Assembly: GCA_035503975.1 (NCBI GenBank)
Contig: DATJST010000312.1
Span: 1-53,356 of the forward strand
Direction: 5' to 3'
DNA from: Acidimicrobiales bacterium
GTDB taxonomy: Bacteria; Actinomycetota; Acidimicrobiia; Acidimicrobiales; Palsa-688
DNA length: 53,356 bases
The position numbers and the translations under genes were made by a program. Position 1 is the stretch's first letter. Every line of letters begins with the position of its first letter. Positions 1 through 9,539 of the stretch are shown piece by piece. Below the pieces are notes generated by a model that ran no database searches, had not been told where the DNA came from, and worked only from the letters and a program-made list of their open reading frames with translations.

Positions 1-823
1 TGCCGCGATCGTGACCATGGCTGTTTCGTTGACGGCCATGGGCGGCGTGCTCATCATGCGCCAAGCAGTCAAGACCGCGACCATCCAGTACCAAAACGGC
101 GTGCAGTTCATCGTGTTCATGCAACCGACGGCGACCACCCAGGAGGTCGCCGCCATCCGCCAGGAGATCACGGCGATGGTCCCGAGCCAGGTGACCCGGT
201 GCACATGGGTGGACAAGGCCGAGGCCTGGGCCGAGTTCAAGCAAATGTTCGCTGGCCAGCCCGACGTGATCAAAGTGATGAGCGCCAAGAAGATGCCTCC
301 CGACTTCTCCTGCGTACCGGCCAAGGCGCAGAACGTCGCCCAGCTGGCGGACGAGTTCAATACTCAGCCCGGGGTGCTCAACGTGGGCTACCCCGGGCAG
401 GCGATCAAGGAGGAGCTGGCGCATTTCGCCACGCAGCGTAACGTCGTGCTCGCGGTCGCCGCCGGGGTCATGCTGGGGGCGATCGCCTTGGTGGTGAACA
501 CCATCCAGCTCGCCATATTCGCCCGCCGGCGGGAGGTGGCGGTGATGAAGCTGGTTGGTGCCACCAACTGGTTCATTCGCGTGCCTTTCATGCTCGAGGG
601 GTTGGTGGAGGGCGTAGTAGGCGCGATCATCGCCTCTGGGGTCGTCTACCTGACCCGCAACACCCTCGCCAGTTTCACCGGGGGCAACCCGTTCTTTGCC
701 GGGACACCTTTGGTTGTGGACGCCCACTCCGCCGTGGTGACCGGGGTCTTCATCCTCGTCGTGGGGGCCGTTGTCGGCGCCGTCGGTTCAGGCTTCGCCG
801 TACGGCGTTTCCTGTCGGTTTGA
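1..823 (+). CDS. ftsX: Cell-division ABC permease FtsX (5' end outside window)
   Basis: Frame of ORF 11..823 stays open to the window edge. Large extracytoplasmic loop, then 'VMKLVGATNWFIRVPFMLEG' and C-terminal TM helices typical of FtsX. Confidence 0.8.
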   Translation, partial: AAIVTMAVSLTAMGGVLIMRQAVKTATIQYQNGVQFIVFMQPTATTQEVAAIRQEITAMVPSQVTRCTWVDKAEAWAEFKQMFAGQPDVIKVMSAKKMPPDFSCVPAKAQNVAQLADEFNTQPGVLNVGYPGQAIKEELAHFATQRNVVLAVAAGVMLGAIALVVNTIQLAIFARRREVAVMKLVGATNWFIRVPFMLEGLVEGVVGAIIASGVVYLTRNTLASFTGGNPFFAGTPLVVDAHSAVVTGVFILVVGAVVGAVGSGFAVRRFLSV

Positions 824-857
824 GCCGGGGAGAAGCGAAGGACGGCCGGGGGCGCAG

Positions 858-2675
858 GTGAGCCGGCGCCTCGAAGACTACGCCCTCGTTGGCGACACGC
901 ACACCGCCGCGCTCATTGGCCGCGACGGCTCGGTCGACTGGCTCTGCGTACCTCGTTTTGACTCCTCGGCCTGCTTCGCCGCCTTGCTCGGGGCTCCCGA
1001 GCACGGGCGGTGGTTGTTGGCACCGGCAAGTGGTGGCGCAGCGACCCGGCGTTTTTACCAGGACGGCACGCTCATGCTGGTCCAGGAATGGGACACCCCC
1101 GACGGTTCGGTCCGCGTGACCGACTTCATGCCGCCCCGCCACCACCAGCCACGGGTCTACCGGCGCGTCGAGGGTTTGGCTGGCCGGGTCGAGATGGAGA
1201 CGGACCTGGTCATCCGCTTCGAGTACGGCTCGCTCATACCCTGGGTGGTCCCCACGGGCAAGGGCATCCGGGCAGTAGCCGGACCGGACGCTATCGAGGT
1301 GCGCAGCCCCGTCGAGCTAGTGGGCGAGCACATGTACCACCACGCTCGGTTCGAGGTGCACGAGGGTGCGACGTTCGACTTCCGCTTGCACTGGGAACCG
1401 TCTTACGAACCGGGCGGGCGCGACCTCGCCATGGACGAAGCGATCGCCCAGACCCTTTCCTACTGGGGGGACTGGGGCCGGAACCTCAGGGAGGTGCACG
1501 GGGAGTGGGAAAAACAAGTCCAGGTGTCGCTCCGGGTCCTGAAGGCGCTCACCTACGCTCCGACCGGCGGGATAGTCGCGGCACCGACAACGTCGCTGCC
1601 CGAGGATCTCGGGGGTTCGCGCAACTGGGACTACCGCTACTGCTGGGTGCGGGACGCCACCCTCACCATAGACAGCTTGGTCCTCGCTGGTTACGCCGAG
1701 GAAGCCGAGGCGTGGCTCTGGTGGCTGGTGCGCGCGGCCGCCGGCAATCCCGGCCAGCTCCAGATCATGTACGGCGTGGCCGGCGAGAGGCGCTTGCCCG
1801 AGCTCGAGCTGGACTGGTTGCCGGGCTACGAGTCATCGCGTCCGGTCAGAGTGGGCAACGCCGCCTCCTTGCAGTTCCAGCTGGACGTTTTCGGCGAGCT
1901 GATGGAGGCCGTCGACGTCGCGCGGTCGCACGGCATAGCCACGACGGGCGCGATCTGGGACCTGCAAAAGGCGGTACTCGCGTTCGTCGTGGACAACTGG
2001 GAGCGTCCCGACCAGGGGATCTGGGAGCTGCGCGGTCCGCCGCAGCACCTCGTCCACTCCCGGGTCATGGCTTGGGTGGCGCTTGACCGTGCGGTGAGGG
2101 CCGTCGACGAGGCGCACCTCGACGGCCCGGTCGAGGTTTGGCGGCAAGTGCGCGACAGGGTCCACGAGCAGGTTTGCCGGCAGGGGTTCAACGAGAAGTT
2201 GGGTTGCTTCACCCAGGCCTACGGTTCTGAAGAGCTCGATGCCAGCCTGTTGCTGTTACCCCTGGTGGGCTTCCTGCCCATCGACGACCCGAGGATCGTC
2301 GGGACTGTGGCGGCGGTCCAGAAAGAGCTCGTGAGCCACGGCTTCGTCATGCGCTACCGCAACCAATCGGGAGTGGACGGCCTGGCGGGTGACGAAGGGA
2401 CGTTCTTGCCATGCACTTTGTGGCTCGTGTCCTGCTTGGCTCTGGCCGGGCGGGTGGACGAAGCGCGGGAGCTGCTGGCCCGTGTCGCTGGAGTGGCGAA
2501 CGACATCGGCCTGTTCTCAGAGGAGCTCGACACGAAGTCCCAACGCCTGGTGGGCAATTTTCCCCAGGCGTTCACCCACGTAGCCTTCGTCAGCGCCGCG
2601 CAGATGGTCGCGGAGGCGAGCCGGCCGGGTGGGGGACCGGCGATACGCCGTCGCGGGCGCGCACCCTCGAAGTGA
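858..2675 (+). CDS. Glycoside hydrolase family 15 protein (glucoamylase/trehalase-like)
   Basis: 'LEDYALVGDTHTAALIGRDGSVDWLCVPRFDSSACFAALLG' and 'NWDYRYCWVRDA' blocks typical of GH15. Start moved to GTG 858 because the ORF start at 771 overlaps ftsX. Confidence 0.85.
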   Translation: MSRRLEDYALVGDTHTAALIGRDGSVDWLCVPRFDSSACFAALLGAPEHGRWLLAPASGGAATRRFYQDGTLMLVQEWDTPDGSVRVTDFMPPRHHQPRVYRRVEGLAGRVEMETDLVIRFEYGSLIPWVVPTGKGIRAVAGPDAIEVRSPVELVGEHMYHHARFEVHEGATFDFRLHWEPSYEPGGRDLAMDEAIAQTLSYWGDWGRNLREVHGEWEKQVQVSLRVLKALTYAPTGGIVAAPTTSLPEDLGGSRNWDYRYCWVRDATLTIDSLVLAGYAEEAEAWLWWLVRAAAGNPGQLQIMYGVAGERRLPELELDWLPGYESSRPVRVGNAASLQFQLDVFGELMEAVDVARSHGIATTGAIWDLQKAVLAFVVDNWERPDQGIWELRGPPQHLVHSRVMAWVALDRAVRAVDEAHLDGPVEVWRQVRDRVHEQVCRQGFNEKLGCFTQAYGSEELDASLLLLPLVGFLPIDDPRIVGTVAAVQKELVSHGFVMRYRNQSGVDGLAGDEGTFLPCTLWLVSCLALAGRVDEARELLARVAGVANDIGLFSEELDTKSQRLVGNFPQAFTHVAFVSAAQMVAEASRPGGGPAIRRRGRAPSK

Positions 2676-2768
2676 CGTCAGCGGCGAACGGGGGTCGTCG
2701 CGTGCTCGCTTGCCTCACAGAGCCGTCCCGGGCCGGCTCGCGCAGAGCCGTCTGTCCGGGCGCCGCGA

Positions 2769-3107
2769 TCAGGCCGCCGGTAAGAAATGCGCCTGCGCAT
2801 CGCGCAGGTTGCTTACGACGGTGACGATGCGGTTGAGGCCTACGAGCTCGAGGACTCGGCCGACAGACGGCCGTACCGAGCACACGACGGCGTCGCCGCC
2901 GTGCTCGCGTATGCGGCGTATCGCGCCGATCAGCGCGCCAAGGCCGGAAGAATCGACGAAAGGCACCGCTGATAGGTCGAAGATCACTCTGGCTTCGGGC
3001 GGGAGCTGGGCAAGGTCCTCGCGGAAGTCACCTACCGTGAGGTTCTCCAGGTTGCCCATAACCTGGCACACCACGCCGGCCTCAGTGTGGTCGAACTTGA
3101 CGTGCAC
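2769..3107 (-). CDS. STAS-domain anti-sigma-factor antagonist
   Basis: 112 aa with a SpoIIAA-like 'DLSAVPFVDSSGLGALIGAIRRI' motif. Confidence 0.8.
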   Translation of the reverse strand: MHVKFDHTEAGVVCQVMGNLENLTVGDFREDLAQLPPEARVIFDLSAVPFVDSSGLGALIGAIRRIREHGGDAVVCSVRPSVGRVLELVGLNRIVTVVSNLRDAQAHFLPAA

Positions 3108-3172
3108 GCTGGCTCCTTTCTCAGGCTAGACGCAATCGTGTCGCCCCAACCTGAGCGTAGACGCGACTGCGG

Positions 3173-3529
3173 CTAACAGTTGACGAGATGGCTGGCGACG
3201 CTCTCGAAGTAGGAAAGCAGCTGAGCTTTGTCCATCGCCCGGGCATGCGAGGCCTCCAGAGCCGCGCCCATGAGCTCGAGCCAGCGGTCGCGTTCAGCAG
3301 GGCCGATCCTGAACGCGAGGTGGCGGACGCGCAGGTGAGGGTTGCCGCGCTGCTCGTCGTACAACCGGGGGCCGCCCCAGAACTGAGCCAGGAACAACTG
3401 GAGGTGAAGCCGAGCCGGCGCAAGGTCCTCTGGGTACAGCGGCCTAAGGATCTCGTCCTGGGCGACCCGGCGGTAGAACTCGTCGGTGAGAGCCTCGAAG
3501 AACGGCATACCTCCCAGCCGTTCGTACAT
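3173..3529 (-). CDS. glbO: Group II truncated haemoglobin (GlbO-like)
   Basis: 'YERLGG..FF..L.DEFYRRVAQDEILRPLYPE.DL..A...LQLFLAQFWGGPRLYDEQRGNPHLRVRHLAFRI' is collinear with trHbO proteins. Start ATG 3529 (MYERLGG) is preferred; the ORF extends to 3592. Confidence 0.85.
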   Translation of the reverse strand: MYERLGGMPFFEALTDEFYRRVAQDEILRPLYPEDLAPARLHLQLFLAQFWGGPRLYDEQRGNPHLRVRHLAFRIGPAERDRWLELMGAALEASHARAMDKAQLLSYFESVASHLVNC

Positions 3530-3665
3530 GGTTGTGACTGGCAAGCCCGCTGGCCTCCGCAGGAAATCGAAATGGACCAGCTGTCTCGCCAATCCTGATG
3601 GTCGGGCGCATATTACTGCCTCGGCCGGGACCTGACGCGCTCCGCGCGGGCCCTATGATGCGCGT

Positions 3666-4010
3666 GTGGGGTGGCGCCCGGCGCTTGTCGTGGCTGGGCT
3701 CGGCCTGTTGCTCGCCCAGCTAGCCGGGTGTGGCGCGACCGCAAACCCTTCCCACCAAGCCGAACAGGGGTTCCTCAACTCGGTCTACAGCCAGGCCTCC
3801 GACATCTCCAGCTACAGGACCGCAGCCCAGCTCATCAGCCTCGGGGAAGCGATCTGCCAAGACCTCGAGGCGGGTGCCTCAGTGCAAGAGGTCGGTGACC
3901 GGATACCCCTTGTGGAGGGCAACGTCGCCCTGCCCCCCGGCGACCTGGGGGTCGTCATATCGGCTGCTGCGAGCCTGCTGTGCCCGAAGTACCGGGGGCG
4001 CCTGCGTTAG
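3666..4010 (+). CDS. DUF732-like secreted lipoprotein
   Basis: Signal peptide with lipobox 'LAGC', conserved Cys pair ('AICQD' and 'LLCPKY'), about 110 aa as in DUF732. Confidence 0.65.
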   Translation: MGWRPALVVAGLGLLLAQLAGCGATANPSHQAEQGFLNSVYSQASDISSYRTAAQLISLGEAICQDLEAGASVQEVGDRIPLVEGNVALPPGDLGVVISAAASLLCPKYRGRLR

Positions 4011-4033
4011 CGCCTCGAGGCTCGGCGCTTGGC

Positions 4034-5494
4034 TCACGACGACGGCCACGCCGACAGGTAAGTCAGCACCCGGCCCCCGCAAGAGAGGTGTGAACCGCTG
4101 GTGAGCTCGCGCTGTTCGTTGCGCGACAGCTGCGACCAGCCCTCGACAGCTGGGCCTTGGATGCAGGTCCCGCCGTCGGCGCCTCGGTCTACCAGGTAGG
4201 CATCCCACGCCCTCACCTGGATTTCGGCCTGCACAGGCGCCATGGTGTGGTTGGCTCCGGCCCTCATCTGGATGGCCTGGGCGATGCCACTTTGAGTCTC
4301 GCTCCCCGGAGATGGGTCACTGCCGATCAAGCAGGCACCATTGAGCGACCAGATCGAGCCGTCGTCAGCCAGGAGGAGGCCGACCGGCGGCCGCGGCCCA
4401 CTGCCGGGCGCGGTACCCACGGGGAAAGAGTTGCCGCAACGTGCACATGTGGTCGAGCGCGGGTGATTGAGGTGGCCGCGGCTGCAAATCACTCCAACGA
4501 TCTCTGGCCGGTCGGGCCGGGGCCCGCGCCCGGCCGAAGCCAGCGGCAACGGAGGAGCGTAGCGGGGTACTAACAAGCGCAGGTCGATCGCTCCGCCGGG
4601 CCCAGGCGGGGCCACGGTTGAGGGCTTGGCCGCGGCGCCCGCGGCTGCCGTTGCGATGTCGCCACCTGTGCTCGCTGCGGCCGGGGCACTCACAGCGCCC
4701 GGGAAGCTCGCAACGCCCGGGAAGCTCGCCCCACTGGTTGAGCCGGCAGCGAAGGCGGGGCCGGCACTCATGGCGGGGCCGGCACTCATCGCGGGGCCGG
4801 CATTGTGGCCTGTACCCGTGCCCTGTTCCGGACCGCCGCCGCCCGCACCGACGGGCGCCCAGTTCGCGGCGGGTAACCGGTTTGCGCCGGAGCCACCGCC
4901 CGCGCCTCCGACCGCCGCCTGGCTTTCCGCCCCGGTCCCTGCGCCGGCGTTGCCCGGCGCCGGGGTGAACCCGCCTGCAAAACGTGCTCCCGCTCCGGCC
5001 TGCGCAGCCGGGCCACCCGGGGCAGCCGCCTGCGCTCGCAGCATTACGAACCCGGTGCCGGGTACCGTGCCCGTGAGCAGGTCGAAGGGGTTGCCAGGCT
5101 GGCTTTGGGGGGGCGGGGGCGCTCCATAGGGCAGCACTATCAGCGGCCATGGCCGGGCGATGCTCGTCGCCAGCCACCCCGGTACTGGCTGCGGGGCCAA
5201 CCATCGCCCGCTGTCCCAGGCCTGTACGGGCCCGTGCAAGAACACCGTGAGCCCGCTCGCCCCCGGCCCGACGACGGCGAAGGGCGCTTGAGGCTCGGGG
5301 TCGCCCCGCTGCAGGACGGAAATGAGCGAGTTGGCCAGCTCGTCGCCGGCGTTGCCGGCGCGGGCCGCGCGCTGTGCTTCCGACACCAGGTGGGACTGAA
5401 GGTTGGGCGAGCACTGCGGGCCGGCCCAGACTGCAACTTCTCCGTAGCGGGCTACCAGGCCCGGGCCCGAGAGGACCTCTAATTTGTCGGGCAT
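4034..5494 (-). CDS. Zn-ribbon plus FHA-like domain protein with long Ala/Gly/Pro linker
   Basis: 'CSRGH..x10..CARCG' zinc-ribbon-like motif, followed by an FHA-like C-terminus ('LIGSDPS ... QAEIQVRAWDAYLVDRGADGGTCIQG ... LTSGSHLSCGGRVLTY'). The central part is low complexity. Confidence 0.6.
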   Translation of the reverse strand: MPDKLEVLSGPGLVARYGEVAVWAGPQCSPNLQSHLVSEAQRAARAGNAGDELANSLISVLQRGDPEPQAPFAVVGPGASGLTVFLHGPVQAWDSGRWLAPQPVPGWLATSIARPWPLIVLPYGAPPPPQSQPGNPFDLLTGTVPGTGFVMLRAQAAAPGGPAAQAGAGARFAGGFTPAPGNAGAGTGAESQAAVGGAGGGSGANRLPAANWAPVGAGGGGPEQGTGTGHNAGPAMSAGPAMSAGPAFAAGSTSGASFPGVASFPGAVSAPAAASTGGDIATAAAGAAAKPSTVAPPGPGGAIDLRLLVPRYAPPLPLASAGRGPRPDRPEIVGVICSRGHLNHPRSTTCARCGNSFPVGTAPGSGPRPPVGLLLADDGSIWSLNGACLIGSDPSPGSETQSGIAQAIQMRAGANHTMAPVQAEIQVRAWDAYLVDRGADGGTCIQGPAVEGWSQLSRNEQRELTSGSHLSCGGRVLTYLSAWPSS

Positions 5495-5544
5495 CGGCTA
5501 CCTTCCAGAGGGCCGCCCAGAGGCGGGGAATGCGAACGTTTGCT

Positions 5545-6390
5545 TCATAATCTGGCCGCAGCGTCGTCCAAGGCGAGCGCCACCTCGTCAGCTGTGGCCG
5601 GACGGCTTTCGGGATCGATGGCGAGGCAGCGGTCCACCAGGGCAGCGACAGGGCCCGGAAGGTCGACCGGGGCCGGCCTCGGCGCGGCGAGCAGCTGAGC
5701 CAGCGCCCTCACCACCGGGAGCTCCTCGATGCCAGGGTACGGCGGGACCGAGGCGACGCAGTAGCGAACGGTGGCGCCGAGTGCCCATATGTCCGACCAA
5801 CGACCTCCTTCGCCCCGCAGCAGCTGCGGGTCCACGAAGCCGAGCGGCGGGTAACCGATCTGGACGAGTGGCTTGTTCCCGTTGGCCAGGGACGGAGGGG
5901 CAAGGACGGCCACAGGCCCGCTGCCCGACAACCCGAACGAGGCTGTCCCCGTCGTCCCGGGCCCCGCAACCACGGCCACCGCTTGGGGGCAGATAGCGCC
6001 ATGAAGCTGGCCCGCCTCGTGCAAGGCGTGCGCGCCACGGGCGGCGTCGGCCAAGGCGTGCAGGCGCTGCGCGAGCGGCATGGCCGGAGGGCCGGCCAGC
6101 GTCGCCATGACCGCGGTCGCCGCGCTTACCCACACCACGGGGCGGTGCGCCCATTCTCCGACACCGGCCTCCAACCACCCGGGCAGGTACTGGGAACGGA
6201 CACTGGCGACAGGCTCGAGCCGGGAGCGGGCGACGGCCCAGGGCGTGCGAGCCAGGGGGCCGAGCACCCAGATCGCCACTGGCAAACCGTCCGCACCGAG
6301 CCGTGCGGGAGGGCGGGCGCGCAGGCACGGGAGCACCCCGTCATCGACAACGGTGCTGGTGACCTCGTAATCAGCTACTTGGTCAGCCAA
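5545..6390 (-). CDS. Ser/Thr protein-kinase-like protein lacking catalytic residues (pseudokinase)
   Basis: Hanks-kinase C-lobe blocks are conserved ('WSDIWALGATVRYCVASVPPY', 'CLAIDPESRPATADEV'). VAxK reads 'VAIW', HRDxKxxN reads 'HGAICPQA', and DFG reads 'SFG'. Confidence 0.65.
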   Translation of the reverse strand: MADQVADYEVTSTVVDDGVLPCLRARPPARLGADGLPVAIWVLGPLARTPWAVARSRLEPVASVRSQYLPGWLEAGVGEWAHRPVVWVSAATAVMATLAGPPAMPLAQRLHALADAARGAHALHEAGQLHGAICPQAVAVVAGPGTTGTASFGLSGSGPVAVLAPPSLANGNKPLVQIGYPPLGFVDPQLLRGEGGRWSDIWALGATVRYCVASVPPYPGIEELPVVRALAQLLAAPRPAPVDLPGPVAALVDRCLAIDPESRPATADEVALALDDAAARL

Positions 6391-6533
6391 CGTGGCGCCC
6401 TCCCCTCGGTGTGCCCGGTGCGTGTTTTGCTGGGGAGGCTACCGGGTTTTTGGCCGGCACGCGCCGGCGCCCGGGGCCGGCGCAGCAGCCTTGCGGCCAG
6501 GGCTGTTTGGGAGCGGGGTACCGTGCGGGTGGC

Positions 6534-7220
6534 TCAGGAGGCGAGAGTGAGCGTCGCGAGGATCCTGTCGGTGGTGGCCGAACGCGGGGTGGCCACGAGC
6601 CACACGACCGACCGGGTGCTCGCCACCCAGGCGAGGATGGCAACCCCCGTCTTGCCCCCGGCTAAGTCGAACGTGTACCGCCACGCGGCGGTGGCATTGT
6701 GCAGCTGGTACGGCTGACGCGTGGCCAGCTTGTACGGGTTGACCAGGAAAGTGGTCACGATCGCCGGGATGTGCCGGGGAGATGGTGGCGCGGATGCCGC
6801 GGTTACCGACTCGCCGACACCGCCCCCGGGGCCCGAGTAGTAGATGTCACCTGCAGAGTCACTCATGAACTGCTGCAGCGACCAGTCCCTCGGGGCCGAG
6901 AAGCTCGCATAGATGCCGGGTACCGCCTGCCAACCGGGTGGGACGGGGGCCGGCACGGTCGGGTAACCGCCGTTCAGGTGGAAAGCCGCCCAGAGCACCC
7001 CACCCAGGCAGACCGGCGTGAAACCCAAGAACCCGACCCAGGCCCACAAGCGGCGCTTGTCCTTCGCCGTCGGCGGCTCGAGGCGGGGATCGTGCCGCCA
7101 GTAGTCCGCGGTCCGTCTGCGCGCCGGAGCGGGGCTCGCCGTCGGCACCGTGGTCGCGGTCGCGGGCCGCACCCTGGCCCTGCCAGCCCCGACAGTTCCC
7201 GCCCGTTGCTCCTGGTCCAC
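6534..7220 (-). CDS. Single-pass membrane protein, unknown function
   Basis: Arg/Pro-rich N-terminus, one TM helix ('LWAWVGFLGFTPVCLGGVLWAAF') and a ~150-aa extracytoplasmic domain. Same strand as the two downstream genes. Confidence 0.5.
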   Translation of the reverse strand: MDQEQRAGTVGAGRARVRPATATTVPTASPAPARRRTADYWRHDPRLEPPTAKDKRRLWAWVGFLGFTPVCLGGVLWAAFHLNGGYPTVPAPVPPGWQAVPGIYASFSAPRDWSLQQFMSDSAGDIYYSGPGGGVGESVTAASAPPSPRHIPAIVTTFLVNPYKLATRQPYQLHNATAAWRYTFDLAGGKTGVAILAWVASTRSVVWLVATPRSATTDRILATLTLAS

Positions 7221-7400
7221 CTGGCCAACGTACCGCCGGTGCGCGGGCGCCCGGAAGCGTCATCGGGCGCCTACGGGCTGGCCGGAGGGTTGGCCGGCCT
7301 TGGTCGCGCTGGGGCATACTCGTCCTGCGGTGGCCGACGACAGCCCAGCCCTCCCTGCCGGTTGCGTCCCCGCGGCGCCGCCACCAGCGCCACTGCTCGG

Positions 7401-8309
7401 ATGAGACGGGCGCTGTTTGTGGTCAACCAGTCCGCCACAGGGCACGCCCGGCACCTTCACGGCTATTGCGAACAGGCGGCCGCCAGGCATGGGTGGCAGG
7501 CCGAGTTCTTGTTGGCCGTCCCCGGTCAGCACTCTCAACTGCTCGACCGGCAGCTGTCCGACTACGTCGCGTCTGGTGAGGAGCGGCTCGTCGTGGCCGT
7601 CGGCGGCGACGGGACAGTACGTGCCTGCGCCCACCACCTGGCGGGGACGGACGTCGCTTTGGCGGTCGTGCCCAGGGGGGCGGCCAACCTGTTCGCCGCC
7701 GCCTTGGGGCTACCCAATGCGCTCGAGGCGGCGCTGCGGACAGGTTTCGGTTCGGACGAGCGCAAGGTGGACCTGGCGGTTGCCGGGGACGAGGTCTTTG
7801 TGGCCATGGCGGGCATCGGAGTGGACGCGGCAATCGTGCGCGCCGCGTCCCCCTGGCTCAAGCAGCACATGGGTTGGCTCGGTTACGCCGTGGCGTGCGT
7901 GCCTCAGCTCGCGCGCCCCGCCTACCGGATGACTCTCCAGGTCGACGGGGGAGCCGAGCTGACCTGCGATGCCCAGGGTGTTGTCGTCGGCAACGTCGGG
8001 CTCCTCCCGGGCCACTTCGTGCTGATGCCTGGCGCCCGGCTCGACGACGGGCTCGTGGATGTCGGCGTAGTGGCGCCGCGCAACGTCTTGGGATGGGCCA
8101 CGCTGGCGCGCCGGGCCATGACCGCGCGCCTTTCGGGCAGGCCCGCCGTTGAGCACTTCCAGGCTCATCACGTGGAAGTGACCTGCGAGACCGAACTGGA
8201 ACGCCAAGTGGATGGCGACAGCCTGGTGCCGGGCCGGGCGCTGAACGTCGGGGTCGTTCACAAGGCGCTGCTAGTGCGGGCCCCGCGCGGGCGCCGTAGA
8301 CCGGAATAG
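7401..8309 (+). CDS. Diacylglycerol-kinase-family lipid kinase
   Basis: 'LVVAVGGDGTV' and 'VPRGAANLFA' DAGK catalytic motifs. Start at ATG 7401 (MRRALFVVNQ); the ORF part upstream (6699-7400) is Arg/Gly-rich and antisense to gene 6534..7220. Confidence 0.8.
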   Translation: MRRALFVVNQSATGHARHLHGYCEQAAARHGWQAEFLLAVPGQHSQLLDRQLSDYVASGEERLVVAVGGDGTVRACAHHLAGTDVALAVVPRGAANLFAAALGLPNALEAALRTGFGSDERKVDLAVAGDEVFVAMAGIGVDAAIVRAASPWLKQHMGWLGYAVACVPQLARPAYRMTLQVDGGAELTCDAQGVVVGNVGLLPGHFVLMPGARLDDGLVDVGVVAPRNVLGWATLARRAMTARLSGRPAVEHFQAHHVEVTCETELERQVDGDSLVPGRALNVGVVHKALLVRAPRGRRRPE

Positions 8310-8381
8310 CAACCCGGGCCGCGACGTTCTAACCCACGCGCCCGGGCGGTTAGCCCGTGGGCAAACAGGCAGGAGGCAGCG

Positions 8382-9368
8382 ATGCCCGCGATCACAGTGC
8401 AGGATCTTTTGGTATTGCCCCGGGTGCTGGGGCCGGCGGAGGCCGAGCCGGAGCGACCGGTCCGGTCGGTGACGACGGCGCCCCATGGGGTTGAGGGCGA
8501 GGGTTTCCCGGTGCGGCGGGCCTTCGCCGGTGTGGCCCTGGCAGACCTTGACCCGTTCGTCCACATGGACCAGATGGGGGAGGTCGACTACGCCCCGGGC
8601 GAGCCCAAAGGGACCCCGTGGCACCCTCATCGGGGCTTCGAGACCGTGACCTACATGATCGACGGCATCATGGAGCACCAGGACTCAAACGGCGGCGGCG
8701 GGCGGATCACCGACGGTGACACGCAGTGGATGACGGCGGGAGCCGGCATACTTCACATAGAAGCGCCGCCCGAAGCGCTGGTAGTGACCGGTGGCTTGTT
8801 CCACGGCATCCAGCTTTGGGTCAACCTGCCCAAGGCCAACAAGTGGGCGCCGCCGCGTTACCAAGACATCCGCGGGCGGGAGGCGGCTTTGCTCACCACT
8901 GCGGACGGGGGGGCGCTGCTGCGGCTCATCGCCGGCGACCTGGCGGGTCACGAAGGCCCCGGGGCGACGTTCACGCCGATCACCTTCGTGCACGCCAGCG
9001 TCGCCCCGGGCGCGGCCGTGCTGCTGCCGTGGCGGCCTGAGTTCAACGCGTTGCTCTACGTGCTCTCCGGCCGGGCCGAGGTCGGGGGCCCGCGCCGTCC
9101 CGTGCACAGCGGGCAGCTAGTCGTGTTCGGGCCCGGTGACTACCTGCGGTTCGCCGGCGCGGCCGAGCAGGAAGCCCCCGGCAGCCAAGCCGAGCTCCTG
9201 CTGCTCGGCGGGCGGCCGATCGGCGAGCCCGTGGTGCACTACGGACCTTTCGTCATGAACACACGCCAAGAGATAGTGCAGGCCCTCGAGGACTACCAGG
9301 CCGGCCGGTTGGGCCAGATCCCGGCGTCCGCGCTGCCCCACCGCCACCCGGGCGACACCGAGCCCTAG
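8382..9368 (+). CDS. Pirin-family bicupin protein
   Basis: 'PWHPHRGFETVTYMIDGIMEHQDS' pirin N-terminal cupin motif; length ~330 aa. Confidence 0.9.
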   Translation: MPAITVQDLLVLPRVLGPAEAEPERPVRSVTTAPHGVEGEGFPVRRAFAGVALADLDPFVHMDQMGEVDYAPGEPKGTPWHPHRGFETVTYMIDGIMEHQDSNGGGGRITDGDTQWMTAGAGILHIEAPPEALVVTGGLFHGIQLWVNLPKANKWAPPRYQDIRGREAALLTTADGGALLRLIAGDLAGHEGPGATFTPITFVHASVAPGAAVLLPWRPEFNALLYVLSGRAEVGGPRRPVHSGQLVVFGPGDYLRFAGAAEQEAPGSQAELLLLGGRPIGEPVVHYGPFVMNTRQEIVQALEDYQAGRLGQIPASALPHRHPGDTEP

Positions 9369-9448
9369 GCCCGGTCGCGAGGGCACCTAGGCCGTACCGA
9401 CGAACCCCGATGCACCACTTTCGCCGCTTTCGTATTCACTCACAGTGA

Positions 9449-9477
9449 TTGACAGAGCGCCCAAAGGGTCTTAGTTT
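9449..9477 (+). promoter_or_regulatory. Sigma-70/SigA-type promoter candidate for the ROK regulator gene
   Basis: TTGACA (9449-9454), 17-nt spacer, TAGTTT (9472-9477), in an unusually AT-rich gap upstream of 9540. Confidence 0.4.
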
Positions 9478-9539
9478 GGATAGCGTCGGAAGTAGTTCGG
9501 AAATTGCGCGAACGGGCGCGGGGGAGGTGACCGGGGTCG

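Noticed and set aside
6699-7400. N-terminal extensions suggested by the ORF track (6699 for the lipid kinase, 771 for GH15, 10535 for the secreted protein, 32827 and 34032 for the M16 genes, 25109 for the methyltransferase, 41805 for the histidine kinase, 52982 for the ABC ATPase, 51778 for lipoprotein 2)
   Set aside because: The extensions overlap neighbouring genes on the same or opposite strand and are Arg/Pro-rich. Internal starts give canonical N-termini such as signal peptides, MFERF or MRRALFVVN, or show stop-start coupling.
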